The translations under genes were made by a program, and so were the position numbers. The notes under the pieces are model-generated. The model was not told the DNA's origin and searched no databases. It was given only the letters and a program-made list of their open reading frames with translations. This document shows positions 28,375 to 38,100 of a stretch of DNA of 64,000 nucleotides, piece by piece. This DNA is from an uncultured bacterium. GTDB taxonomy: Bacteria > Planctomycetota > UBA1135 > GCA-002686595. How positions within the stretch are numbered: the stretch's first letter is position 1; each line of letters opens with the position of its first letter. The stretch is taken from assembly GCA_943787795.1 (NCBI GenBank), contig CALSNU010000001.1, forward strand, positions 896,001-960,000. The letters are read 5' to 3'.

Positions 28375-31089
28375 ATGCGCAAAGAGCCGGTCGTCTTCCT
28401 GATCTTCGCAGCCTTCGTTGGCTGGAAGTTCAATGTCATGCTCATGGACTCGGACTCCGGGAGGCGTTCTGCCAGGGTCCAGCCCAAGGACTACGTGAGC
28501 CTCCAGGTGCCTGATGTCGATCTGGCGCTGGCGGACCGCGGGCGTACTTTGGCCATGGATCGGGACCTGTTCTCGCCGCCTTCGCCCACGTCGTCGCTCC
28601 CGCCGCTCGGGGTGTTGCTCCCGCCGCTGGAGCCCATGACGGCCCTGGCCCCACCCACGGGATGGGGGCCCGATCCCGCGCTCTACGGCGAGTTTCTCCG
28701 TCGCCCGGAGCGTCGTGCGGACACCACCGTGCTGCCAGGGCTCTTCGATTCGGTGGAGGCCGCCGGCGCAGGGGACAACGTGGAGGACGCCTCCTCAGGC
28801 GAATTGGCCATGGGGCTCTCCGATGACCCCGAGGCTCGCGCGGCTCAGATCGCCGGGCTCAAGAGGGAGTTCGACTGGATCTACACGAACAAGTTCGAGT
28901 TCGGCCGCCTCCTGAACGAGAACCGCTACGAGCTCCCGGACCTCGAGGACCCCGAGCTGATCTTCCTCCCGGTCAATCCCGCGACCGGGGCGCCGATCTA
29001 CCGGACGCCGATCACTTACGTCCCGGGCCGGGTCGACGAGTTCGGGCTCGTGGACAACGCCCTCACCGAGGTCGAGGTCGGGCTCGTGCAGTTCAGCGAC
29101 CCGCTCCAACCCGGTGAATTTGAGGCCGCCCTTCAGTTCGCGGACGGCTGCCTCCTGAAGCGTAACGAGACCCCGCGCGCCCTCGAGGTGGCGGAGACGC
29201 TCTACCAACGGGCCCAGGCGATCAACCTGCAGGACGACGCGCGGCCGCGTCTCGGACTCGCCACTTGCTTCCAGCTGGGGTTCCGCTTCGAGGACGCGTA
29301 CGAGACGTACAAGTCTCTCCTGGAGAGCGGTCACGACACGAACGCGTCGATCCACGCTCGCCTTGGTGTCTTGCTGGCCCAGCTCCGCATGAAGGACGAC
29401 GCGGAGGCCAGCTTCCGCGAGGGCCTGCGCGTCGAGCGGACCAACTGGGAGGCGCGTTACTGGTACGGTCGCTTCCTGGTCCGTGAAGGCCGCACGACGG
29501 AGGCGCTCGAGCACCTCCAGGAGGCTGTCCGCCGGGAACCCAAAGGGTCCGAGGAGCGGGGAATGCGCGTCCGGATCCGACTCGCTCACGCAGGGGCGCT
29601 GCTCGGTGCAGGCAAGATGGACGAGTCCGTCACGGCCTTCGGCACCGCGCTCAGCGCGGATGTTGCCGACGAGGTCGGACTGCAGGCCGTCGCCGCCGCC
29701 GGCTCGCTGTCGGCGATGCGCTTCGCGGGCGACGCCTCCTCGCTCGCGGGGGCTGGCTTCGGCGGCGATGACGCGGCGCCCGTGGAGGGCGGCTTCGATG
29801 TCCTCCTGGCGGCGGGGCTCTTTGCCATGGACGCGGGTGAGTTCGAGGTGGCGGCCCAGACGCTGGGCCTGGCCCTCGACGCCGATCCATTCCGTCGGTT
29901 CGAGGCGCTGCGCGCCATGAGTCGTCTGGCGGAGATCACCGGGAATCGCGAGGAAGCCGTGACCTTCGCGGACGAGGCGCTGCGCGCCGCGCCCGGAGAT
30001 CCGTGGACGCTCTTTCAGCGCGGACGCCTGTACGAGCAGGACGGCGACGACTTCGAGGCCCGCGCCGCCTATCGCGCGGCGCTCGACGTGGAGCTGGATC
30101 TCGTCCCGGCCCTCGAGCGCATGGCGGCCCTGCTTCAGGCGTCCGGCGATCACGCCGGCGCAGAGCGGTACTTCGAGCGAGCTCTGACCGTGGAGACGGG
30201 AAGCGCTGTCCTCTGGTCACGGCGCGGCTGGAATGCGCTCCAGGCCGGCGACCTCAGCCGCGCGGAGATCTGCTTCGGCGAAGCACGCCGCCTGTCTCCG
30301 GCCCTGGCCTCGGCCCGCGCCGGTGTGGCCTGGTCCAACTACGTCGCCGGGGACTCGGCGGAGGCGATCACACTCTTCAGCGAGATTGTCGACGACCGGC
30401 GGGCCTCCGGAGAAGAAGACGCGATATCGGTCTACGCCAACGCCCAGGGGACGCGCATCGTGGACCACGAGTCCAAGGAGGTCTGGCTCGACCGCTTCGA
30501 CCGCGCCCCGGGCCGGGTCGGTAACGGCTGGGTCCTCGACCAGGGGTTCGGTCCCCTGGTGGATATCCGTGAAGAGGGCATCGCCATCGAGGGGCAGAAT
30601 GACCGGGGCGGGCGTACGCGAGCCTTCCGATCACTGCCGCCCGATCGCTTCCTCGCCTTCTCCTGCGTGCTGACCGTGGGGGAGAAGGCCAAGGGCACCC
30701 GGTCGGGGGTCTTCATCTCGAGCGAACGTACGCGGCCTGGTGGAGATTCACAGGTGACGGCTGAGGTGGTCATCTGCCGCAATCGGGACGGACTCCTGGA
30801 GGCCCGGGTTCAGAAGTCGCCGACCGATGAGGAGGCGAGCTTCAAGCAGGTCGTCGGGCCCGCCTGGCCCATTGGCCAGCCGATCAGGGTGGAGATCGAG
30901 AGGGTCGGGGACGACCTCGACGCCACCTTCAACATTTACATCGACGGCGAGCCCGTGGCCACCAACGTGGAATGCGACCGCCTGACGTCCTCGCGGCAGC
31001 CCATCAACTTCGGCGCCTTCGTGGGCGGCGAGGCGGGACGCCGGGCCGACCTGTTCATGGACGACGTTCGGGTCGTCCGGAGGCGCTGA
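28375..31089 (+). CDS. Large membrane-anchored TPR protein with C-terminal beta-sandwich-like domain
   Basis: N-terminal TM, RDLFSPP, many TPR-like repeats, beta-rich C-terminus ending FMDDVRVV. Confidence 0.75.
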   Translation: MRKEPVVFLIFAAFVGWKFNVMLMDSDSGRRSARVQPKDYVSLQVPDVDLALADRGRTLAMDRDLFSPPSPTSSLPPLGVLLPPLEPMTALAPPTGWGPDPALYGEFLRRPERRADTTVLPGLFDSVEAAGAGDNVEDASSGELAMGLSDDPEARAAQIAGLKREFDWIYTNKFEFGRLLNENRYELPDLEDPELIFLPVNPATGAPIYRTPITYVPGRVDEFGLVDNALTEVEVGLVQFSDPLQPGEFEAALQFADGCLLKRNETPRALEVAETLYQRAQAINLQDDARPRLGLATCFQLGFRFEDAYETYKSLLESGHDTNASIHARLGVLLAQLRMKDDAEASFREGLRVERTNWEARYWYGRFLVREGRTTEALEHLQEAVRREPKGSEERGMRVRIRLAHAGALLGAGKMDESVTAFGTALSADVADEVGLQAVAAAGSLSAMRFAGDASSLAGAGFGGDDAAPVEGGFDVLLAAGLFAMDAGEFEVAAQTLGLALDADPFRRFEALRAMSRLAEITGNREEAVTFADEALRAAPGDPWTLFQRGRLYEQDGDDFEARAAYRAALDVELDLVPALERMAALLQASGDHAGAERYFERALTVETGSAVLWSRRGWNALQAGDLSRAEICFGEARRLSPALASARAGVAWSNYVAGDSAEAITLFSEIVDDRRASGEEDAISVYANAQGTRIVDHESKEVWLDRFDRAPGRVGNGWVLDQGFGPLVDIREEGIAIEGQNDRGGRTRAFRSLPPDRFLAFSCVLTVGEKAKGTRSGVFISSERTRPGGDSQVTAEVVICRNRDGLLEARVQKSPTDEEASFKQVVGPAWPIGQPIRVEIERVGDDLDATFNIYIDGEPVATNVECDRLTSSRQPINFGAFVGGEAGRRADLFMDDVRVVRRR

Positions 31090-31092
31090 TCC

Positions 31093-31752
31093 ATGCTGAC
31101 CCCTCGAATGACCCGGCGGCGGGACCCCGCGCCGGCATCCCGCGCGGGCTTCTCCCTCGTGGAGCTGCTGGCGGTGATCATCATCATCTCCCTGCTCGTC
31201 GCCTTCTTGATCCCGAACCTCCTCTCGTCTCAGGAGGCGGTGAACTCCAAGATGACGCAGACCTGGCTGGATCAGGTGTCGGCCGAGATCTCGGCCTACG
31301 AGCGAGAGAAGGGGGACTTCCCTCCCTCGACCTTCCCGCGCAAGCTCGACCCCAAGCCGAGCAAGACGAACATGGGCGTCGAATCGCTCCTGATCGCGCT
31401 CATGCCGGCGGACGGGTCGTACCTCGCCAGCGGGGACTACGGCGATCGCCTCGGGAACACCGACGGAGACGACAGCAAGAAGCCCCACTCCCGGTTCAAG
31501 AGCTCCGATGTGTTCGAGCTCTGCGATCACTGGGACAACCCGATCGCGTACCTGCATCGACGGGACTACGAGAAGGGAGGGACCTACCTGACCTATAGCG
31601 ATGAGGCCTCCGACTGGATCGAAGAGAAGGTCGTAGGTGCGGTCAACCCGACCACGGGCTCGCCGTACCGCATGGACTCGTTCCAGCTCATCTCCGCCGG
31701 CCCCGACGGGCAGTTCGGAACGCTCGACGACATCGGGAACTTCAAGCGCTGA
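31093..31752 (+). CDS. gspG: Major pseudopilin GspG-like
   Basis: Class III signal G/FSLVELLAVIIII, GDFP, DHWDNPIAY, C-terminal LISAGPDGQFGTLDDIGN. Confidence 0.85.
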   Translation: MLTPRMTRRRDPAPASRAGFSLVELLAVIIIISLLVAFLIPNLLSSQEAVNSKMTQTWLDQVSAEISAYEREKGDFPPSTFPRKLDPKPSKTNMGVESLLIALMPADGSYLASGDYGDRLGNTDGDDSKKPHSRFKSSDVFELCDHWDNPIAYLHRRDYEKGGTYLTYSDEASDWIEEKVVGAVNPTTGSPYRMDSFQLISAGPDGQFGTLDDIGNFKR

Positions 31753-31774
31753 GCCGCCGCTGACCTCGAGCCTG

Positions 31775-32869
31775 ATGCGCAATGACCTCTCCTCGCACGC
31801 GCCGGACGCGGACCTCTCCGGGCGCAATCATGTGCTCCGTGAGTTCCGTGAACTCCGGGGGGGCCGCGGAGCTGCGGGCTTCAGTCTCCTGGAGCTGCTC
31901 CTGGTCATGGCGCTCCTTGGCATCGTCATGGGGGTCGGCCTCGGCAGCTTCGCGTCCTTCGACCCGGGCCGTGGCGCGGCCCGCGGCCTCGTGGCGAATG
32001 CGCTCCGGCAGACCCGCAACACGGCGGTTGAGCGGGGCGCGCCGGCGCGGATTCTGATCGACCACAGCCGGGCGACGGTGCGCTCCGAGGCGTTCGCGGT
32101 GGCGGGGACCTGGCGCTTCGAGGATCAGGCGCTCGCGGGAGCCCGCGGGGTGAACGGCGTGGCGGACGGGTTCCCCGGGGCCTTCCTCGCGGAGGATGGA
32201 TATGTCGGCCGGGCGCTGGACCTGGACCTCGGTCCGCGCGGGGCGAAGGTCCAGATTGACCTCAGCTCGGACCCCATCTTTGACCTGGCTTCGGGCTTTC
32301 GGCTCTCGGCCGTGCTCCGACCCGCAGCGTTCGTGGACGCGGACGTGATCGACCTCGGCAAGGTGGTCCGGGTCAAGGCGCGCAGCGACGGGTCGGTGAC
32401 CTTCGAGCTCACGACCCAGCGCGATGACGGGCTGGGTCGCGCCGTGAAGGGAGAGACCATCACTCTTCAGTCTGGCGGCGGCGTTCTCGAGCCGGGCCAC
32501 TGGACGCAGCTCGAGCTGCGCTACGACCGACGGCGCGTCGTGGCGCTCGCCGACGGTGTGCCGGTCGCAGAGCGGGCGGAGTCGCGACCGATCTGGAGGT
32601 TGGAGGGCGGCCTCGTGCTCGGCGGCGGGCGTCGCAGGTTCGCGGGGTGCGTGGACGATGTGGTGCTCTCGGTCATCACGGTGGGGGACGAGGTGGTCCT
32701 GCCGAAGAGCGCAGAGTTCGTCGCGAACGGTCCGACAGAGGTGCGGTTCGATGAGAGCGGCGCCCTCGATCCCGTGTTTCACGCGGGGCCTGTCGGCATC
32801 GAGTTGATCTTCGACGACGGCCGCTCAGAGCTGATCACGGTACGGGCGCTTGGGACGGTGGACGCATGA
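31775..32869 (+). CDS. GspH/FimT-like minor pseudopilin with inserted LamG-like domain
   Basis: G/FSLLELLLVM, ALRQTRNTAV, LamG-like GHWTQLELRYD...ADG...FAGCVDDV, C-terminal VRFDESG. Confidence 0.78.
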   Translation: MRNDLSSHAPDADLSGRNHVLREFRELRGGRGAAGFSLLELLLVMALLGIVMGVGLGSFASFDPGRGAARGLVANALRQTRNTAVERGAPARILIDHSRATVRSEAFAVAGTWRFEDQALAGARGVNGVADGFPGAFLAEDGYVGRALDLDLGPRGAKVQIDLSSDPIFDLASGFRLSAVLRPAAFVDADVIDLGKVVRVKARSDGSVTFELTTQRDDGLGRAVKGETITLQSGGGVLEPGHWTQLELRYDRRRVVALADGVPVAERAESRPIWRLEGGLVLGGGRRRFAGCVDDVVLSVITVGDEVVLPKSAEFVANGPTEVRFDESGALDPVFHAGPVGIELIFDDGRSELITVRALGTVDA

Positions 32870-35800
32870 TGACTCCTATCTCGCGAGGCCGCGCGGAGCA
32901 GGGCTTCGTGCTCGTGCTGGTGCTCTTCATCTTGCTGGGGCTCTTTGCGCTCACGGCGCCGTTCCTGGCGACGGCGCGCAACGCGGACGCGGCGAGTGAA
33001 TTCGAGAAGAACGACGTGCAGCTGCGCCTCGCGCTGGATGCCGCGGGGCGCCACGCGCGCATCAACCTCGACGAGACCCACCCTGCGCTCGACCCGACCC
33101 CGTACTACGACGGGGTCGATGAGATTGAGGTCTCCATGGACTTCCCCACGGACGTCTTCAACCCGGCCGACCCGAACGGCGTGGGGTTCGGTCTGGACGT
33201 CGTGGACGTGGCGGGGCTCGTGGACCTCAACAGCGCATCGCCCCACGTGCTCGGCAACCTGCTCGGTCAGGTCGCGCGCCTCGGCGCGCCCACGAGCGGA
33301 GGCGGTGACTCGCTGACCCTCGCCGGGGGCACGGAGTTCGCCCCCGGGACCGTGATCTCGGTGGATGGCGAGCTGATCCGACTCGCGGAGCCGGACAAGG
33401 AGGAGGAGGGCGCTCAGCTCGTCTCCGAGCGTGGTCTCGGCACCGTGCAGGACGACGAGGGGACCTGGCAGTCCACGGGGCCGCGACCCCCCTCGACCCA
33501 CGGCGTGGGCGCCGCGGTGCTCGGCCAGCAGGCCTTCGCGCCGGCCATCTGGCGGACCCTGTCTGCGGACGGCGAGCCCCAGTCCATCTCGACCTTGGAT
33601 GAGATCCGCGCGGCGGATCAGTTCGCCCTCTCGGGCGGCTTCGACGAGGCCTCGCTGCTGCTCTTGCGGAGGACGGCCACGGCCTTCGGCGGGCTGGGGG
33701 CTGGCCCGGTATGGCAACGCCCGACGCGCCTCATCGGCCCGCTGCAGGCGGGCCTCGCCCTGTCCTTCCGTCCCGCGCAGGGGCGCTGGATGGGGGTGGG
33801 CAGCACCGTGCGGATCTCGGACGGCGTCAACAGCGAGCTGCGCGTCATCATCCAGCGAGGCCGGGACGGGCGGGTCTACATGGACCGCGTGCTGGACAAC
33901 GACTACGAGGCGTTCCTCACCACCGTGGAGGTCCTCGCCCGTCGGCCGGTCAACATCAACACCGCGCCCCGCGAGGTGCTGGTGGCCCTGTTCACCAACC
34001 TGACGCTCTTCGGACAGAACCACCGCATCGACGAGCGCGAGGCCCGCAGCCTTGCGGCGACGGTCATGGAGTCCCGCCCCTTCACCGGGATGCGTGACTT
34101 CGCCGAGCGGCTCGTGCTGCCTGCGGGGGGCATCGACGTGCTCCCGAGTGACGCGCCGACGATCCCCACGGCCTTCGATGGCGACGGATCGATCCTGGAT
34201 GATCCCCGGGACGCGGCGGCGCTCTTCATGAACGGGCTCAACGCGAACGACGCCCGGCTGGGCTTCGCGACCATGCCCTTCAGCTTCACCTCCCGACAGG
34301 TCTTTGAGCTGGAGCTCCGCGCCAACGTCAGCGCCGAGAGCGGGATCGCGCGGGCCAGCGGCGCTCGCGATCGCCTCGAGCTCGTGGTCCCGCAGGTGGA
34401 GGAGCTGCTCACGGTCATCGCGCGCCAGGAGGACTTCGAGGACCAGTTCCGGCTGACTCGCGCCGCGCCGTTCTGGCTCACGGGTCCGGAGACCACCGGC
34501 CGCTTCGACGGGGGCGTCACGCCGCCCTCGCGGCTGATTCCGAACCTCGGGACGCTCGAGGGGCAGAGCTACATCCCGGGGATCAGCGAGCCCGTGGTGG
34601 ACGGCGACGGCAACCCCGTGCCGCCGGTGCGCACCTTCGCCTCGCGGGAGGAGGACGGCTTCGTGCAGCTGGACCCGATCCGGGTCGAGGAGACCCAGTT
34701 CACGGCCGGGCGGATGATGCACTTCGACCAGGAGAGCCGCACCCTGGAGGGCCGTTACCTGCCCGACGAGACGATCACGCTGGACACCACCGCGGAGATG
34801 GTGAGCTGGACGGGCCGCCTGGCGCCGGACGTGCTCGCGCCCTTCAACGTCTCCATGTGGATCCGGCCCGAGAGCGGCGGCGACGGGACGCTGGTGTCCG
34901 TGGGCGACCGCACCGAGGCCTCGGACCGCGTGGTGCTGGGGATGTCCGGCGACAACCTCGTGCTCCGCGTGCTCGACGGGATGGGGGACCACCGGGACAC
35001 GGCGTTCAAGGAGATCTCCGAGCTCCGGTACCCGATCGGGAGCGGGGCAGGGATCCCCGGTCTCCCCATCGGCGTCTGGAGTCACGTCTCCGTGGATGTC
35101 CGCGGGAATCGTCCGGACCAGATGAGCATGCTGGTCAACGGCAACGCCACCGGGGTGGAGCGCCTCGGGATGACGCGGCTCACGGCCTCGATGGGAACCG
35201 GCGACGGCACGATCTTCGTGGAGTCCACCGAGGGCTTCCCGCCGGTCTGCGCCCTGCGCATCGGGAACGAGATCATCGAGGCCACCGTGGCCAGCGAGAC
35301 CTCCTTCCTCGTCCAGCACGAGTTCGTCGGGCCCAACGCGGGCTTTGGCGGCCGGCTCTCCCGGGTCCGCTTCGATGTGGAGGGGTCGGACTCGGCGACG
35401 CCGATCGCCGAGGCGGCGGCGGTGATCACCGGGAGCTACGTGGCGGGGACGCCGGTGGTTCACTACGGGTACAGCCTGCCGCTCCTGCGGAACGTGCCCT
35501 CGGGCCAGTCCGTCCTCGCTGGAGCGCTGGGGCCGTTCAGGGTTGGCAAGGCCGTCGGGCTGCCCGGTGACAACACGCTTGAGCCGATCCAGGTCCAGGG
35601 CCCCTTCGGCCCGATCACCGTCGGTCGCGGCTGGGGTCCCGAGGTCCTCGGCGCGCTGACGCTCGCCCTTGGCGATGCGCCGGAGGCTGACCCGAACGGG
35701 ACGGACCTGATGGCGGGCTTCAACCCCAACGGCGGCTACGCGATCCTCTCGGGCCCGAGGCTCGGTCCCGTCAACGGCCTCGACCCCAATAGCCCCGATG

Positions 35801-38100
35801 GGGCCACCGTCGGGGGGATGGAGGTCATCCGATACTCGGGCTTCTCCGGCAACCAGCTGCAGGTGGTGGCGCGCAACGTCGAGCTCCAGCGGATCAGCGA
35901 GCAGGAAGAGCCGGACGGGAATCTCGGTGGGGCGCACGCGTTCATCTTCTCCTGGGACCTGCAGATCCTCGTCGGCGGCGCGTCGGGCACCGCCTTCGAT
36001 GGGGATGAGCTGCTCCAGATGTCGACGTTCTGCTACCCGATATCGATCGGCGTACCTGGAGTCTCTGCCCTGAGCTTCGCCGAGCCGACCACCGGGATCT
36101 CACAGTTCGCGCAGATCACGCGGCTCGACGACGGCGAGCAGACGGAGTGGGTGCGCTACGACGAGATCGACCTCGCGGCGTCTCAGCTCGTGCGCTCGGA
36201 TCCGGGGACGCTCCAGCGGGTGCACGGCATGCTCCACTCCCTCGGTGATGCCGAGGTTCAGGGAGCTGGCGGCGGCGGTGGAGGCGGCGGCGGAGGCGGC
36301 GGCGGCGGCGCGCCGGGTTCCGGCGGTGGGGGCGGCCTCGGCGGCGCAGGCGCAGGAACCAGCGTTGGCATGGGGGACGCTGTGGGCGCGGTCGACGGGG
36401 CCGCGGCTCCCTCTTCCCCCTCTGCCATGGTGGTCGCCATGTCGACCCCTGAAGGGGTCGTGGCCTCGGCGGCGGGCACGGACTGGGACCCCAGCCGAGG
36501 CGAGGACCCGAACGGCGACTTCCCGCTCTCCAGGGCTGTGGCCAGCACGCTCAACTTCCGCGGCGCCCTGGGCACCAGCATCGGGACCCATCCGGCCGGC
36601 GCGCCGGTCTTGCCTGTGGTTCAGTTCAACGTCCCTGACCTCGCCTTCGAGCGGGGCCGGCCGGGCGCGAAGGACCCGGTGTTCATCGTCAACGGAGACC
36701 TCGGGGCCCTCGGGTATCCGTTGACGATCCATCGAGCTCACTACCCCGCGGCGGCGCGCGTGGTCCACGGCTTCGAGTCCGAGCCTGAGTCGCAGGTGGC
36801 CACAGAGATCGCCTCCAGCTTCGAGCCCCAGGTCGGCATCTTCGTGGGCAACGCGTGCTACGTCGCGTTCGAGGGGCCGGTCCTGACCCCGACGAGCCCG
36901 GGGGCGGCGGGCGTCACCGGGGGGGTCATCAGCGATCCCCGTTACCTGGGTCGCATGGTGAAGTTCCCGAGCGGCGAGATGCCTCGGTCTGGCCGGACCA
37001 TGACCGTCGGCGCTGGCGCCAGCGGCCTCGCGGACTTCGGGGTCGCCTCGGTGACCGTGGACGAGATCGCCTTCGGGAGCCCGGTGGCCAACGCCGGCTG
37101 GGGCGGTTCACAGCCCGCAGTTCACGCCGCGGGTGGAGCGCTGCTGCTCTCGGCGCGCGTCGGCGAGACCGATCAGTCGCTCCAGATCCAGGAGAACGTC
37201 GTCCGCACGTCGAGCGGCCTCGTGGGGCAGCAGGGCTCGCCCCTCGGCGCGTTCCCTGACAGCGGGGGGCTCGTGGCCGTGGGCGAGGAGATCATCGCGT
37301 TCACCGCGGCGGCTGCGGGGAGCGGCTCCATCACGGTGGCCCCTGGGGGGCGCGGCATGCTCGGGACGAGGCCCCAGACCCACGAGATCACCGAGGCGGT
37401 GCACTGGCTTGAGGGCTGGCGATGCGCCGCGCTCGCGGGCTCGATCTCGCCCGGGGACGCCGTGATTCCGCTCACCTCCACCGAAGGGTTCCCGACCGAG
37501 GGGACGGCACTCATCGGCTCCGAGCTCATCCACTGGACGAGGGTCCAGGGGGGAGCGCTGGTCATGCCGCGGACTGCGGACGACGACGGGGAGGACGACG
37601 GGATCGGACCCGGCGCCTTCCGCGGGCGCTTCGGGACGCTCCCCGGCGGGCACGCCTCAGGTACTCCGGTCATCCTGTTCCCGTGCCGCTACTGGGACCG
37701 CTACGCGCCCCGCTTCGACGGGCCGGAGCTGGGCTACTTTGGACTCCACGTCGACCAGCCTGGGGCCTGGTGGTCGGGGGTGACCTGGCAAGGTGAGGAG
37801 CCCGGACTGGGCGGCGTGGAGCTAGTCGTGCTTCAGCGCGGCTCCGACGTCCCCTGGGACGCTGACCCCGAGGAAGTCGAAGGGCTCCTGCTCATGGAGG
37901 ATGGGACCGAGGCGGACGGCCTGATCCCGCTCGGACTGCAGGCCGACCGATTGGAGTGGCGTGTGTTCGCCAGGTACAGCCAGGGAGCGTTCGACCCTGA
38001 GTTCGGTATTCAGCACGGCTGGAAGCAGACCCCCCGCTTTGACTTGCTGGGGGTGACCTACTCGGCTCCGGGACGTGTGATGAGGAGCACGGATCGATGA
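32866..38100 (+). CDS. Giant (1744 aa) GspK/PilX-like minor pseudopilin with LamG-like domain and internal repeats
   Basis: G/FVLVLVLFIL leader lacking Glu5; two GspK-type motifs (LVDLNSASPHVL, VNINTAPREVLVAL); VSMWIRP...GVWSHV...VNG; poly-Gly tract ~36262-36350. Confidence 0.75.
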   Translation: MMTPISRGRAEQGFVLVLVLFILLGLFALTAPFLATARNADAASEFEKNDVQLRLALDAAGRHARINLDETHPALDPTPYYDGVDEIEVSMDFPTDVFNPADPNGVGFGLDVVDVAGLVDLNSASPHVLGNLLGQVARLGAPTSGGGDSLTLAGGTEFAPGTVISVDGELIRLAEPDKEEEGAQLVSERGLGTVQDDEGTWQSTGPRPPSTHGVGAAVLGQQAFAPAIWRTLSADGEPQSISTLDEIRAADQFALSGGFDEASLLLLRRTATAFGGLGAGPVWQRPTRLIGPLQAGLALSFRPAQGRWMGVGSTVRISDGVNSELRVIIQRGRDGRVYMDRVLDNDYEAFLTTVEVLARRPVNINTAPREVLVALFTNLTLFGQNHRIDEREARSLAATVMESRPFTGMRDFAERLVLPAGGIDVLPSDAPTIPTAFDGDGSILDDPRDAAALFMNGLNANDARLGFATMPFSFTSRQVFELELRANVSAESGIARASGARDRLELVVPQVEELLTVIARQEDFEDQFRLTRAAPFWLTGPETTGRFDGGVTPPSRLIPNLGTLEGQSYIPGISEPVVDGDGNPVPPVRTFASREEDGFVQLDPIRVEETQFTAGRMMHFDQESRTLEGRYLPDETITLDTTAEMVSWTGRLAPDVLAPFNVSMWIRPESGGDGTLVSVGDRTEASDRVVLGMSGDNLVLRVLDGMGDHRDTAFKEISELRYPIGSGAGIPGLPIGVWSHVSVDVRGNRPDQMSMLVNGNATGVERLGMTRLTASMGTGDGTIFVESTEGFPPVCALRIGNEIIEATVASETSFLVQHEFVGPNAGFGGRLSRVRFDVEGSDSATPIAEAAAVITGSYVAGTPVVHYGYSLPLLRNVPSGQSVLAGALGPFRVGKAVGLPGDNTLEPIQVQGPFGPITVGRGWGPEVLGALTLALGDAPEADPNGTDLMAGFNPNGGYAILSGPRLGPVNGLDPNSPDGATVGGMEVIRYSGFSGNQLQVVARNVELQRISEQEEPDGNLGGAHAFIFSWDLQILVGGASGTAFDGDELLQMSTFCYPISIGVPGVSALSFAEPTTGISQFAQITRLDDGEQTEWVRYDEIDLAASQLVRSDPGTLQRVHGMLHSLGDAEVQGAGGGGGGGGGGGGGGAPGSGGGGGLGGAGAGTSVGMGDAVGAVDGAAAPSSPSAMVVAMSTPEGVVASAAGTDWDPSRGEDPNGDFPLSRAVASTLNFRGALGTSIGTHPAGAPVLPVVQFNVPDLAFERGRPGAKDPVFIVNGDLGALGYPLTIHRAHYPAAARVVHGFESEPESQVATEIASSFEPQVGIFVGNACYVAFEGPVLTPTSPGAAGVTGGVISDPRYLGRMVKFPSGEMPRSGRTMTVGAGASGLADFGVASVTVDEIAFGSPVANAGWGGSQPAVHAAGGALLLSARVGETDQSLQIQENVVRTSSGLVGQQGSPLGAFPDSGGLVAVGEEIIAFTAAAAGSGSITVAPGGRGMLGTRPQTHEITEAVHWLEGWRCAALAGSISPGDAVIPLTSTEGFPTEGTALIGSELIHWTRVQGGALVMPRTADDDGEDDGIGPGAFRGRFGTLPGGHASGTPVILFPCRYWDRYAPRFDGPELGYFGLHVDQPGAWWSGVTWQGEEPGLGGVELVVLQRGSDVPWDADPEEVEGLLLMEDGTEADGLIPLGLQADRLEWRVFARYSQGAFDPEFGIQHGWKQTPRFDLLGVTYSAPGRVMRSTDR

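Noticed and set aside
32779..35937. Very long antisense ORFs (e.g. 32779..35937-, 49246..51801+, 55944..58340+, 7514..9913+, 43745..46054-, 401..2287-)
   Set aside because: They lie opposite well-supported genes and have no motifs; this is the expected shadow of high-GC codon bias.
36262..36350. Phase-variable homopolymer in the giant pilin
   Set aside because: It is an in-frame mixed ggc/ggt/gga poly-Gly linker, not a mononucleotide run; slippage would keep the frame.
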